A stretch of DNA of 64,000 nucleotides from Mobula hypostoma (lineage: Eukaryota), in contig NC_086097.1 of assembly GCF_963921235.1 (NCBI RefSeq), positions 99,574,001 through 99,638,000 on the forward strand, written 5' to 3'. A program made the position numbers and the translations under genes. The notes beneath the pieces were generated by a model. It ran no database searches. It was not told the DNA's origin and saw only the letters and a program-made list of their open reading frames with translations. The first letter of the stretch is position 1. Every line of letters begins with the position of its first letter. Shown here one piece after another: positions 28,248-44,465 of this stretch.

Positions 28248-29544
28248 GCGCCTCTTCCTACAGATGCTGCCTGGCCTGCTGCGTTCACCAGCAACTTTTA
28301 TGTGTGTTGCTTGAATTTCCAGCATCTGCAGAATTCCTGTTGTTTGGATTTTTCTTAGTTTTTATAGTATTTGCATTACGTCATTGTAGTCTGCACCCTA
28401 ACCACTGGGAATGACATGGTGGAAAAGCATTAGCTGTAATGATAGGGTTGACTTTTTGTGCTATTGTAAGGGTGGAAAGTGCAGGTGAACAACAGCCTTG
28501 TTCAGGTACTGATAACTTAGGGACACGGAGATGATTATAGAAATGTCTAGAAGGCAAAGAAATGCTGGCAGAATAACATGCTCAGCTGCTGAGGATGCAA
28601 CATTTCTGGAGCACAGCAGCAGCTCAAGCCACAGCAAGCAAATTGTGCATGTCAGCCCTGGCAATCATTCATAGTACTGTATCTTTACATTCTCTATTGA
28701 ATAAAGACAGGGTTGAAAGAAACCAGGAGGGATTTCAGTTTCTAAGAAGTCAGAGGTTCTCAGTTCCTGAATATCGAGCTGCCAGTCGCATCTGCATTTT
28801 AGTTACGTATTTAGAGCCGGGTTCCCAATCTTTTTAACGCTGTGGACCAACACTATTAAGCAAGGAGTTTGTGAACCCCAGGTTGGGAACTCCTGATCTG
28901 GAGGAACTGTGCAGAATTGGCCCTTCCGGTCCTTCAGGCCACGCCTCCAGCACACCCCCCCCCCACCCCCCGATTTAACACTAGACAATTTTCAATGACC
29001 AATTAAGCTAGTAACTGGTACGTCTTTGGATAAATCACCTAGCCTACTCACAGGACAATTTTCAAAGACCAATTAACCTAGTAACTGGTACGTCTTTGGA
29101 TAAATCAGAACAACAAGAGAAAACCCACGCATTCCACAGCGGGGGGACATACAAACTCCTCAGAGGGGACCCCAGGATTGAATTCCGAACTCTGACTGAA
29201 CCCGAGCTATAATAGCATTGCACTAACTGCTATGCTACGGTGCCATTCTTAGTTTCCAATTAATTTATAAAGTTTACTCACCAACTTGCTCTCTCTCTCT
29301 CTCAACTCATCAGCTTAAATTGCATTAGAAAACTATCAATAGTCCAAAACTCTATCAGTTCTGTGGAATATAGTGAAGTATTCAAAACCATACAATATTG
29401 CCATTATGATCACTTACAGGTTTTTATGTTCATCAGTATAAAATGGTATATCCAATCATGCTTACTGAAAGCCTAGTACTGCAATCCAATTGCTTTTGTC
29501 CCTGTCCATTTGAGCTCAAGCTTTCAGGTGCCTTAGGATCCCAA

Positions 29545-29762
29545 TGCCAATCAACTTTCCAGCTCTTGGCTCCATCCCTCCCACTCCTGTCTTCTCCTAT
29601 CATTTCGGATCTCCCCCTCCCCCTCCCACTTTCAAATCTCTTACTAGCTCTTCTTTCAGTTAGTCCTGACGAAGGGTCTCGGCCCAAAACGTCGACTGTA
29701 CCTCTTCCTAGAGATGCTGCCTGGCCTGCTGCGTTCACCAGCAACTTTGATGTGAGTTGCTT
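29545..29762 (+). mobile_element. Penelope 3' repeat fragment with an inactivated hammerhead
   Basis: Homologous to 28105-28312; motif at 29662-29697 has GAAA changed to AAAA. Confidence 0.8.
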
Positions 29763-30220
29763 AATCCATCTGCTCCTCTCCATCACACAAAGTGTGGTTA
29801 TTTCATTTGCACTTATAAATACCAAAATTAATCCCCTCAGGCAGAAATAGCTAATACAAGGGAGAATAATTGTAAGGTGATTTGAGGAAAATATAAGGTG
29901 GGAGATGTCAGAAGGAAGTTTTATACACAGAGGGTGGAAGGTTCATGGAGCGCCCTGTTGGGGGTGGTGATAGAGGCAGATATATTAGAAACAGTTAAAA
30001 AACTCTTAGGTAGGCTCATGGATGATGGAAAATGGAGGGATATTTAGGAGGGATGGGTTGGATTGATCTTAGAGTTGGTTAAGAGGCCAGCACAACACTG
30101 TGGGTGAAAGAGCCTGTACTCTGCTGTGGGGTTCCATGTCCTATAATACAGGAACAGACTCTGGCTGCTTGTTCAGCACTTGGATTAATGAACTGATCCA
30201 GCTATTAAGTTAAATGTGCA

Positions 30221-32738
30221 AGCACTTCCTTATATTATTTCAGAAGACCAAACGGGTTTTATTAAAGGTCGTTACTCTAAAATTTTTATAACATTCACAC
30301 ACTGTTAAACATTGTTTATATTTCCTTACAAAATGATCCTGAGTGTGTCATTTCCTAAGATGCTGAAAAAGCCTTTGACAGAGTTGAATGACCTTACTTA
30401 TTTAAGGTGCTTGAAATGTTTAATTTCAGCCCGAAATTCATATCCTGGATCAAATTGTTATATCATTCTCCTATGGCCTCCATTCATACTAACTCTTTAA
30501 GCTCACCTTTTTTCCCTCTTTTTCGAGATACCAGACAAGGTTGTCCTCTTAGTCCTTTATTATTTGATATTGCATTAGAACCTCTTGCAATTGCCATTCG
30601 AGAATCTCCAAATATTATTGGGATAACTCGGGGTTTAAAGTCCCATAAAGTATCACTCTATGCTGATGACTTACTTTTATATATTTCTAATCCTCAAAAA
30701 TCTATCCCTGCTGTTTTAGATTTATTAGCACAATTTAGTCTTTTTTCAGGTTATAAGTTAAATCTCGGTAAGAGTGAATTTTTTCCGATTAATAAGCAAG
30801 TTCCCTTATATCAGAATCTTCCGTTTAAATTGGTTAATAATCATTTTTCATATCTTGGGATTAAAATTACCTGTAAATATAAAGATTTATTTAAAACTAA
30901 TTTCCTACCCTTAATCGATCACATTACTCAACTCTCATTTAAATGGTCTCCATTTTATTTAACTTTGATTGGTCGTATTAATGCTGTTAAGATGTTTATT
31001 CTTCCAAAATTTTTATATGTATTTCAGGCACTACCGATTTTTGTTCCCAAATCCTTTTTTGATAAAGTTGACTCTAAATTTTCTTCATTTATTTGGCAAA
31101 ATAAAAACCCGAGATTGGGTAAAATACATCTACAGAAAGCAAAGAGAGATGGAGGTTTCACATTACCTAACTTTAGATTCTATTATTGGGCAATTAATAT
31201 TCGACATATGAAATTTTGGTTACTTGATCAAAATACACTATCCATTCCTAAATGGGTAGTATTGGAATTACAATCTGCTCAAGGTTATGCACTTGGCTCC
31301 ATTTTAGGTTCTTCTCTTCCTTTTGATTTGAAACGCTGTAAACTGGTTTGTAACCTGATAGATAAATATACCTTACATATTTGGTTTCAATTCCGAAAAT
31401 TTTTCGATCTTAATCAATTTGGGCTTGCGATTCCTATTTTAGGTAACATATTCTTCCCTCCCTCTTCCATGGACCGTGCCTTTCAAATTTGGAAGACTAA
31501 TGGTATTTCATGGTTTTTGGATTTATTTTTAGATGGTTCCCTTATGTCTTTTGAGCAATTATCTAACAAATATAACTTACCAAGAATACATTTTTTTAGA
31601 TATCTCCAAGTTAGAAATTTCCTAAGTACTACACTCTCTTCCTTTCCGACACTACCTCCTACATATATTTTAGACACTATAATTAACCTTAATCCATGTC
31701 AGAAAGGTGTAACGGCTATTATTTATAATAGTATTATGAAACTTAGGAAAGCTCCATTTGATAAGATTAGGTCAGATTGGGAAAAGGAATTGGGTCTTAT
31801 TATTCCGGTGGATGACTGGGCGCATATTTTACAACTAGTCAATACTTCCTCCATCTGTTCTAAACACTCCCTAATTCAATTTAAAGTTGTCCATAGAGCA
31901 CATATGTCTAAAGATAAACTAGCTTGTTTTTATTCTCATATTAACCCTTTGTGTGACAGATGTCATGGGGAGATAGCTTCCTTAACTCATATGTTTTGGG
32001 CCTGTCCTTCTTTGGAAACTTTTTGGAAAGATATTTTTAATATTATTTCAAAGGTATTGAATATAGATATTTCTCCCCATCCTATTACTGCTATCTTTGG
32101 ATTACCTAAAATTTCCAGTAATCTTTCCCCTTCAGCCCGTAGATTGATTGCATTTCTTACTTTAATGGCGAAAAGATGTATTTTACAACATTGGAAGGAG
32201 ATTAATGCTCCAACTACATTCTTTTGGTTTTCCCAGATGATACTGTGTTTAAATCTGGAGAAAATTAGAAGTAATCTTTATGATTCTTCAGTTAAATTTG
32301 AACAGACTTGGAGATCTTTTATTCAACATTTTCATTTAATGTAACTTTTTTTCTTTCTCTGGCCTTATCTACATTCCCTTCTTGCTTTTTAACTGTTTTT
32401 AATGGAGGTCGGGTTTGAGGACATGATTGTTTTAAGTTGTTTAACTCTACTTGATACCTAGTTAGCCCATTGCTTTGCTTTGCTTTTTAGTTTAGTTGCA
32501 CAGTGGGTTTTTTTTTGGGTTTTCTTTGGTTTTTTTTTCCTTTTCCTTATTGACATGTTTGAAAATTAGTATACTATTATATTACCTGGCTATTTTATAT
32601 CTAAACTGCACTGTTTGTATTAACTTTTTTTGTGTATTAATATCTCTTGTAAAGTTATATTGCAACTGTGTATCAGTGCCTATACGGTTTACCTTTTGTG
32701 TACTAATTCAATAAAAAGATTTAAAAAGAAAGAAAGAA
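30221..32738 (+). mobile_element. L1-clade LINE, 5'-truncated ORF2 (RT plus C-terminal CCHC)
   Basis: EDQTGFIKGR, DAEKAFDRVE* (stop), RQGCPLSPLLF, LYADDLL, CDRCHGEIASLTHMFWACP; 645-aa open stretch at 30407-32344; AATAAA plus A-rich tail; 14-bp TSD aagttaaatgtgca at 30207-30220 and 32739-32752. Confidence 0.93.
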
Positions 32739-33429
32739 AAGTTAAATGTGCAGACTTGGAAATAACAAACAGTAGCACTAAGCTTACAGTGAGGAGGTGA
32801 ACCTGTCCTTAAAGGTCAGCTAGTCACTGTCAGAGGAGGAGGTGGAGGGAGGGGCAACTGCCTGTTGGGTGTGGAGTCGGAGAGGATGGAAAGGAGCTTT
32901 GTTCTGTGCTCACACAACAGGTAAAATTTAAACCTGGACACAACGGCAGAAACATGATGGATGCAAATTCAAAAGGGAACTGAATAAATTTGTGGTTAAA
33001 ACATTGAAATATAAGGATAATATGGCCCGAAGTGATTTGGATTTGATGCAACCAGCAAAAGGCAGCATGAGACAATGCTGTTTTGTACAGTGGTTCTTTA
33101 CACCCTGCTCATACACTGGAGGAAGCAGATTCAATCACTGTTTTCAGCTGTTTGGGATCAGTACAAGCGGGTAAAAAGAAAGTACATTGTCCTTTGAGAA
33201 AACCAGCAAGGCCTCAAAGGGCCAAATGGCCTCCTTCAGTACTGTTACTATTCTCTGAGTCAATGCACTCTTCGCCCAGGGCACCTGCTGCAAAAATGCC
33301 CACAGAGATCAGAGTCAGGAGTGGATCGGCCAGAACCAGGCAGTAAAAAGTTTGTCTATGGCCTGTAGTAAGATATTTTTAATTTGACTGACAAATAGGG
33401 AGATGAGCAGTTATAGTGTTATAGAGTCC

Positions 33430-33910
33430 ACAGCACAGAAACAATCTAATCTGTGCTGAACTATTATTCTACCTAATACCATCAACCCACACCTGGACCA
33501 TTGCGCTCCATACCATTCCCATCAACAATCTTACCCAAACTTCTCTTAAATGTTGAAATTGAATCCACCCTCTGAGGGAAGAAATTCTCCCTCAGTCTCC
33601 CCTTAAGTATTTCACCTTTCACCCATAACCTATGACCTCTAGTTCTAGTCTCACCCAGCCTCAGTGGAAAAAGCCTGTTTGCATTAACCCTATCTATACC
33701 TCGCATAGCTTTGTATACCTCTGTCAAATCTCCCCTCATTCTCCTACACTACAGGGAATTAAAGACTTAACCTCTTCAACCTTACTCTAGAACTCAGGTC
33801 CTCAAGTCCTGGCAACACCTTGTAAATTTTCTCCACACTATTTCAACCTTATTGGTATCTTTCCTATAGGTAAATGACCAGAACTGCACCCAATACTCCA
33901 AATTTGGAAC
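33430..33910 (-). mobile_element. CR1 3' fragment
   Basis: MRGDLTEVYKAMRGIDRVNANRLFPL...TRGH peptide. Confidence 0.75.
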
Positions 33911-35443
33911 AGGCTCCTTGAGGTCTTTCTTCACGATTATGACTAATTTATCTCAGCCTTACTTTTCTGCACCATCTCCTATGTCTCTTGATTCCTTTAA
34001 TACCCAGAGATTGATCTATCTTTGCTTTAAGATACAGGAATTTCAGAGCCCAGGTGAGTTGGCTTGAACAGTTCCTTCCTCACTGCTGTCAAACTTCGAG
34101 CCTCCTTTCACATCCCCTTCCCACTGCTGCTGCCACATTCTCGAACCTTTCATTCTACCTCTTCCATTATTGTCACCTTAGGGTTTCTTTTTCCACTGGT
34201 TTGTACTACTGTACTCCGCATCATACCATCATTTTGCCCTCATTGACAAATCTACTGTTGCATTATTATTACCATGTATACGGTTTACATTATCAGCTTC
34301 TCGCGAGCAAGGAATTCCATTGCAGCCTGGTGTATAATGACAATACACTAACCTCGCCTTGTCTATTCAATCTCACCTCACAGGGCAAACCTGTGGGAAT
34401 GAATGAGGACTTGATTATGGATTGGGAAAATAGCTTCTTCTATTTATAATATTGAATCTGTGCTGAGGTGAGGAAAGACATTCCATAATGGTTCTCCAAT
34501 TAAATCATTCTCGCGTGTTACTGGACTGTTCTCTGGACATTGTTTCAGCAGTGATTTCAGACAATGGTCAACATTATCACTCATTACGAGTCTGGGTCAT
34601 ATGTTGTCAAGGCTATTGTTTGGAGATCGGAGTCAATCCTAAGAAGTTTCCTGTAACCAAAGTTCTCCAGCTCCCTATTGCCTCTACCACAGATGGTTGG
34701 CACAATTTGCTAGCAAGACACACACACACACACACACACTATTTGTTTGGTCAAGTTTGGTTTCTGTTTAGACGTTGCAATTTTGGGTCACAAGTGGTTA
34801 AGACTATTGTCTATGTTAGACACATTAAAACATAGATAAAAAATTACAGCAAAGAAACTGGTCCTTTGATCGATGATTTTATGCCTAACTAATCTTAATC
34901 CTTTCTATCGTATTTGCCTCCACTTCACTACCACCTCTGACTCTGCATCATTGGCACCTACCATTCTATGTAAAGAACCTGCCGCACACATCTCCTTTGA
35001 ATTTACTCCCTCTCACCTTAAATGCATTCCCTCCGGTATTATACATTTTGCTCCTAGGAGAAAGGTGCCAGCTGTCTATCTATGGCCTCTCATAATCTTA
35101 CAAACTTCTACCGGCTTCCCCTTACCTCCACTGCTGCAGAGTAAACAACCCACATCTGTTCAGTCTCTCCTTATAGCTCATGTTTTTCACACAGTCTTCA
35201 TTACAAATAAAACTAGAGCAGCATTTAGAGCACTGTTGCTCATGTGTTCTCTACCATCCAATAAGATCACAGCTGATTTGACTGTAACTTCAACTCTCTG
35301 TTCCATCTACCCCTCTTGCTCAACAATTTGGACCATTTCCACAAACCTTTGAGAACAGTCTCAAAGCCTCACTGCCCTCTGAGGTAAAAAAAAAATTCCC
35401 ACTCTGCATTAAAGTAACAGCCCATTAATTGTACAGGAAGGAG

Positions 35444-35937
35444 TGTCAGTACCTCCAGTTGAACTCTGTCTTCTTGTGTATTTCCCCCTAGCTGTCAGTC
35501 TGTGGTTTTGGATTGCCACGTGCTCCTGTCCCCGCTCCTGCTCTACTCCGGCCCCTGTATTACTTAGTACTCCATCTCTCATCCATTTCTCATTATTACC
35601 TGTTTTGCTGCCACTTGTGTCTCATTGTGCTCCACCTATCATCTGCCTCTCTGTTTATTGCTCAGTGTATTTCAGTCCTGTGTTTTCACCTATTTGTTGC
35701 CAGATTGTGCCAGTGAATTTTCCTGAGCCTTTCCATCATTTGTATCTGTAGTCTGTCCATCTGAATATCGACTCTGCCTGTTTCCTGATTCCAGTTTTTG
35801 GATTTCTCTAGATGTTTTGATCTCTGCCTGAACTTTGACACCAACTTTGTTTGCACCTTGGGATTTGTTATTCAATTACTATCACTGTGTGTACAGTACT
35901 GGGTCTGCAATTGGATCCCTGCTCTAGTGTCCTGACA
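35444..35937. mobile_element. Solo LTR, family A, copy 2
   Basis: TGTCAG...CTGACA termini; perfect 5-bp TSD aggag at 35439-35443 and 35938-35942. Confidence 0.9.
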
Positions 35938-36509
35938 AGGAGATAGAGAGCTTAGTGACATAATGTAATGACAACAATCTTTCCTTCAATGTCAAGAAAA
36001 CAAAAGAGCTGGTCATCAGCTTCAGGAAGGGGGACAGTGCACATGCTCCTGTCTACGTCAATGGTACTGAGCTTGAGAGCTTCAGGTTCCTAGGTGTGAA
36101 CATCACTAATAGCCTGTCCTACATTGATGTCATGGCAAAGAAAGTATACCAATGCCTTTACTTCCTCAGGATGCTAAAGAAATTAGGCATATCTCTGTCC
36201 ACTCTTGCCTTTTTATTGATGCACCATAGAAAACATTTGTTTGGATGTATAATGGTATAACATGACCATAGGAAAATGCAGAGACTTGTGGACCCAGCTC
36301 AACCCATTACAGTAACCGCCCTTCTCTCTGTGAACACAACAAACTCTGCAGATGCTGGAAACCCACAGCAACACACAAAATGCTGCTGGAACTCTCCTCT
36401 GTTGTCTCTGTCTAGACTTCTCACTTCCTCAGTAAATCAGCCAACATAATCAAAGGCCCCCATCCACCCTGGACATTCTCCTCCCTTCCCCACATTCTAT
36501 TGGAAAGAA

Positions 36510-39250
36510 GTAACAATTCACGGGTTCATAACCACTAAGAACTGGGTGATACTAATAATAATTTTTTTAAAGTTCAGAAATGTCTGGCTACATTGGAAAA
36601 ATAGATGCTTCAATTGCACAATGGATAACTAACTGATGTATACTGAACAAATTTAACAGTATTTTGAAGTAAATGATATAGCCAATGAGAAACGAATACC
36701 AGTTTTGCTGAGTGTAATAGGAAGAAGTGCATACTGTTTGCTTAGAAGTTTGACAGCTTCAACCAAACCAGCTGTGGTCAAAATGGTTAAAACTAGTGTA
36801 TGATGGGATACTTGACCATTCTGGAACAGCTGAGCTTAAGACTGCTGATGCATGTCGAGAATAACCTTGGATGATAAGCACAGTACCAGGAACTCCAATT
36901 AATAAGATACTAGGCCCCTGGAACCAGGAGGGAGGATGCGTCTGGGGGTAAATTATGGGCCCCGATAACAGGGAACAAAGAGGACTGTTAGACTCGCACT
37001 GAGAGAATAATTGACATGTCTTTTAAGCAATTGATATTGTACTGACCGTGGGATGACAAACAAAGTTATGTGAAGTTGTTTGTCTTGCTGTATAACCTAG
37101 AATTCAGAGTTCTGGTGGCGGTGGAGACTGCTGCAGACTCTCCATGATATCATGTTAATAAACTCTAAAAGTGAAACTGGAAGTCACTCTGGTGTTCTTA
37201 GTTAGTGTTTTCATGACACCGTCCGAAAAGAGCTTTGCCGACATCATGAAAGGTTAAGTGGGCAATGCCAGTGGTCCCAGTAGCCATGAAGAATGGATCT
37301 CTCAATACTTGTGGTGATTTTAAGGTCACCATCAAACCAGCTCCGAAAGTAGGTCAATATCCTCTGCCCAGAATAGAGGATATCTTCACAATATCTTTCT
37401 AGATGAAAACACTTCAGCATAGCGGACTTAACCACATACAGATGGAGATAGAAGAAGAGTCCAAAGTGTTTCTCACCATGAACACTCACAAAGGGCTTTA
37501 TTGATATCATAGGCTTGTTTCTGGAGTAGAATCTGCATCTGCGCTCTGGCAGAGATCTATGGACCAGGAGCTGCAAGGCTGCCCAAGCTCTCAGTGATCC
37601 CTGGATGAAATCATTGTTACCAGTAAGGATGAACAACATCTCAAAAATGTTAAAATGATTAAAGAATTATGATTCAGAGTGCAATGCAACAAGTGTGAAT
37701 TTTTTAAACCAAACATCACTTGCTGTGGTCATACCATTGGCACACAAGAATTACAAAACTGTGCTGAGAAAATTCAAGCAGTGGTGAATGCCCCAAGAAC
37801 AAAAGACTTTTCACAGTTGCAGTCCTTTTTAGGATTTGTCAATTACTATAACATGTACCTGCCAAACTTGGCTGCTGTGCTCCATGCCTTGAACTCATTA
37901 CTACAGATCGTGGACAGAGCAGTGTGACGTGGCTTTCCAAAAGGTAATGAAAATGGCGATGTACTCATACATTATGACCCACATTGGCCAGTGAAGCTTG
38001 CCTGTGATGCTTCACTTTCTGGTATGGATGCAGTGATGTGACATGTTATGAGTGATGGAAGTGAACACCCCATAACCTTTGCATCATATTCCTTTATCAC
38101 TGCAAAGAAAAATTATGCACAGATTGACAGAGAGGCCTTGAGTATGTTTTAGAGTGTAAAACGTATCAACCAGTACTCGTATAAGAGAGGTTTACCCTCA
38201 TTACTGATTGTCAATCACTGGTGTCCATTTTCAATCCATGGAAGGGTCTTCCACTAACAGCGGCAGCACAGATGCAGAGATGGGCTCTGTTTCTTGGAAG
38301 ACACAATTACAAGGTCGAATTCAAGAGAACAGCTAATCATGGAAATGCAGATGGAGTGTTCTGTTTACCCTTGGAAAGGGAAACTCTTGAAATATTTACA
38401 AATAAGGATACTCCTCTTTACATATTCTCCCTAATGCAAACCAAAACTCTTCCTATTACGGCAGAAGTGATCCAAAGGGAAACCAGAAAAGGCCTCACGC
38501 TGTCTCAGGCTTACATGGCAACTCAAAATGGCTGGAATGTGCGGCAGAAATTCCAGTTCCCCCATTTTTACCAGCATTGGGATAAACCTGCCCTTGATGA
38601 AGGTTGCTTATGTGGGGATAGAGAGTTGTTGTACCATCCAAGCTGAGGGCTAAAGTGATGGAGGAGCTACATGCCGGTTATCTAAGCATGATCAAAATGG
38701 AAGTGTTGGCCCAAAGCTTTGTCTGGTGGCCTGGGAGGGATCAGGAGATTGAGCAACTTGTCATGCACTGTGCGGGATCCCAACACACTCAGTTGTCCTA
38801 AACTGTCAGAACCACTTCCTGTAGTCCCAGAGTCAACTCCTACAACCTCCACAGAGGAAGCCCCAGAACCTGAGATTGTTTCACAGCCACAAGTCTCACC
38901 TGCCAAGCAGAGTGACTCCCTTGTCAGGAAAGGCATTATCCCACAAGAGCAAGAAATCCTCCACATTCCATATCGAGTTGGACTTTATAGCTAAATAGGG
39001 AGGAGTGTTATGTATTTAACATTTCAGTGATATTTGAGTAACATTGTAAATATATTGTTTGAGCATGCTTTCGTGTTTACATAATGCATTGTGGGTTATA
39101 TGCTCGAAGAACATAAGTGGCATACGTCATTACGCCCCCATTTCATAAGTGCACTTATCACTTATGGTAAAAACGAATTATACACACATATCCTTGGCTC
39201 TGTGTTTTCCTTTCAATTAGTTTTATGTTTCAGAGTTACAAAGCATAACA
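36510..39250 (+). mobile_element. Decayed, internally deleted Ty3/Gypsy LTR retrotransposon with 3' LTR
   Basis: gag-like start at ~36585; RT remnants GDFKVTIKP, YPLPRIEDIF, NTHKGL; RNase H LACDAS, NYAQIDREAL, QMQRWALFLG, HGNADG; integrase Zn-finger remnant. Polypurine tract agggaggag then LTR TGTTATG(39006)...CATAACA(39250). It sits within Rex-like fragments (35943-36500, 39255-39440). Confidence 0.85.
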
Positions 39251-39562
39251 ACAATATACCTTGTTATGGCCATGCACCTTATCATTGACCTGCACTGCAC
39301 CTTTTCCATATCTGCCTTGTTATTGTTTTACCATATTCTAGCTCATGCTCTGTGTAATGATTTGATATATATAAACTGTATGCAAGACAAGCTCTTCACT
39401 GTATCTGAGTACATGTCACAATAATAAAACAGTAAACTAATACCAATACCAATATAATTGTAAACCATAATTACTGGTTCTAGATTCCTCCACAAGGGAA
39501 AATAATCTCTGCACATGACTGACAAAACACCTCTCCCATTTCATTCAGAAGATGAATTGTTT

Positions 39563-41097
<1,535 letters not shown>

Positions 41098-41127
41098 TCA
41101 TAGACCCTCTACCAGCCAACGTTCTGC

Positions 41128-41898
<771 letters not shown>

Positions 41899-42104
41899 TC
41901 ACAGAAGAGACAATGTCAGGACACTCAGCTCCACTCCGAAGGCAAATAACACCCACCAGATGACCTGGAAAAAGCCTCCAACCCGATCAGTGTTCCAGCA
42001 GCTCCATTCCTTAGTAAGGACCACACTGACGAATGTGAATGTCAGCAAACCATCCACCAGTACTGTGCCATTCATTCACCCCAAGCACATCCACAGCAGT
42101 GCTA

Positions 42105-43250
42105 CACCTTCACAACCACTCCTTCACAACCTCATTTTCCCAACTTCATCTTCACACATTCACAACCTCACCTTCACAACTGCACTTTCACAACAATGCC
42201 TTAACAATCTCACCTTCACAAACTCAACTTCACAACTCACCTTCACAACCACTCCTTCACAACCTCATCTTCACAGCCTCTCCTTCACACATATGTATTC
42301 ACAACTACAACTTCACAACTTCATCTTCACAACCTCTCCTTCACAACTTCATCTTCACAGCCTCTCCTTCACAACCTCTCCTTCACAACCAAAACTTCAC
42401 AGCCTCTCCTTCACAGTTACAACTTCACAACCTCATCTTCACAGCCTCTCCTTCACACATATGTATTCACAACTACAACTTCACAACTTCATCTTCACAG
42501 CCTCTCCTTCACAACCTCATCTTCACAGCCTCTCCTTCACAGTTACAACTTCACAACCTCATCTTCACAGCCTCTCCTTCACACATATGTATTCACAACT
42601 ACAACTTCACAACTTCATCTTCACAACCTCTCCTTCACAACCTCATCTTCACAGCCTCTCCTTCACAGCCTCTCCTTCACAACCAAAACTTCACAGCCTC
42701 TCCTTCACAGCCTCTCCTTCACAGTTACAACTTCACAACCTCATCTTCACAGCCTCTCCTTCACACATATGTATTCACAACTACAACTTCACAACTTCAT
42801 CTTCACAACCTCTCCTTCACAACCTCATCTTCACAGCCTCTCCTTCACAGTTACAACTTCACAACCTCATCTTCACAGCCTCTCTTTCACAACCACTCCT
42901 TCACAACCTCATCTTCACAGCCTCTCCTTCACACATATGTATTCACAACTACAACTTCACAACCACCTTCACACATTCACAACCTCACCTTCGCAACTGC
43001 ACTTTCACAACAATGCCTTAACAACCTCACCTTCACAAACTCACCTTCACAAACTCAACTTCACAACTCACCTTCACAACTCACCTTCACAAACACACCT
43101 TCACAAACACACCTTCACAATCACACCTTCATAACTGCACATTCACAAATATACCTTCACAACTACATCTTCACAACTATACCTTCACAACAACACCTTC
43201 ACAAATACACTCTCACAAATACACCTTCACAACTGCAGCTTCACAAATAT
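42105..43250. repeat. Low-complexity (cttcacaac)-type satellite with higher-order blocks
   Basis: Recurrent cttcacaacctcatcttcacagcctctccttcacacatatgtattcacaactacaa blocks. Confidence 0.9.
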
Positions 43251-44097
43251 GCCTGCAGAACTATGGCTTCAGCCTACTTATTTCCAGGTTTGCTCCCATC
43301 TATTTCTGCAGCCCCCTGCCCTCTTCACTGCCTCTTATGGCAGCTATTGTCCTTGCACTGATCCTCCTTGGCAGCTCACATCAGACTCTGCAGGTGCATG
43401 AGCTCCCTTAGGATGCTGGATTTGCTACTGTAACCTTGTGTACTCGGTGCATCATTATCTGCCAGTATATCTTGTCTGCTTAGGATACAGGATCCATCAC
43501 TGAATCTGCTACAGCCTTCAAATTCATTCCACAAACAAACCTGTGACAACTTCAACTTCCCCTCACTAGCTTTGGTCTGTAGCCAGAGCATAGTTTGCTA
43601 ACCTGTGTAATTAAAGTGCATTTTTGTTACTGTGCTTGATTCAAGTCCACTATTTTTCCCCTTAATACATTTTCTTTCTGTTGGATACACCTCTTCTTCT
43701 TGCCCTTATCATGCTTCTTCTCATTTCTCTCCTGAATACCTAGACTCTATCAAGCATTCTCCAGCCCTACAGTGCTTCTCAACCCTACCACTCTGGCTGA
43801 AGTCTTAGGCTCATCTCCCTCTTAGATGAGCTAACTGTTTAATCATTCTCAAGATCCTATTCAACATCCGTTGTTGTCGCTTCAAAGCTAGCATACCTAA
43901 CTGCCTTGTCCTCCTCTTATGTCAATCTTCTCAGCCAGTGCTGTCCCCATGTTAATCTTTCCAACCACTTTCCAATCGCACACACTCTGGTGATATATAC
44001 CACTGAATGTCTACTTCCACCTCTCCGTGCAGTTCTTCATTGTGAATGAAGTTCTTAACGGTCCCAACTTGCTTGAGTTTTAGCATCAATATTGTGG

Positions 44098-44465
44098 CTA
44101 ATTGGGTGATGGGGTGAAGATACGTCTCTACCAAGGGAAATGTAAGGTGCTCCTTCCTTCCACCAGCCTATTGGCCACTCTTGGGCAAGGTGTAGCACCT
44201 GATCAGCCCCCACCAATCAGAGTCCCGTGAAGCCCTGGGAACAGGTGGGGGATGGCCATATGAGCAGCAGGTGCATATCACAAGTCCTGGTATTGCGACC
44301 ACTGACGACAGGCAGAGTATTAACAAAGGCTAGGGCCACCCGTCTTGTAAAGATACTGACCAGAAGAAGGCAATGGCAAACCACTTCAGTAGAAAATTTT
44401 GCCAAGAACAACCATGGTCATGGAAAGACCATGATTGCCCACGTCATACAACACGGCACGTAATG
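44098..44465 (+). mobile_element. SINE with an RTE-like tail
   Basis: Tail gaagaaggcaatggcaaaccacttcagta resembles RTE/Bov-A-type 3' ends; a related partial copy is on the minus strand at ~52960-53145. Confidence 0.5.

Larger units (their letters stand above)
25932..28344 (+). mobile_element. Penelope-like element copy 2 with an inverted terminal repeat arm
   Basis: RT ORF 26520-27593 (RYIDD) and GIY-YIG frame from 27590. 25932-~26172 is the reverse complement of the element's 3' region (~28068-28309). 13-bp TSD tggatttttctta at 25919-25931 and 28345-28357. Confidence 0.93.

Noticed and set aside
30407..32344. 645-aa ORF as a host gene or active LINE
   Set aside because: It is the 3' part of an L1-type ORF2 with upstream stop and frameshifts, no endonuclease, and a TSD.
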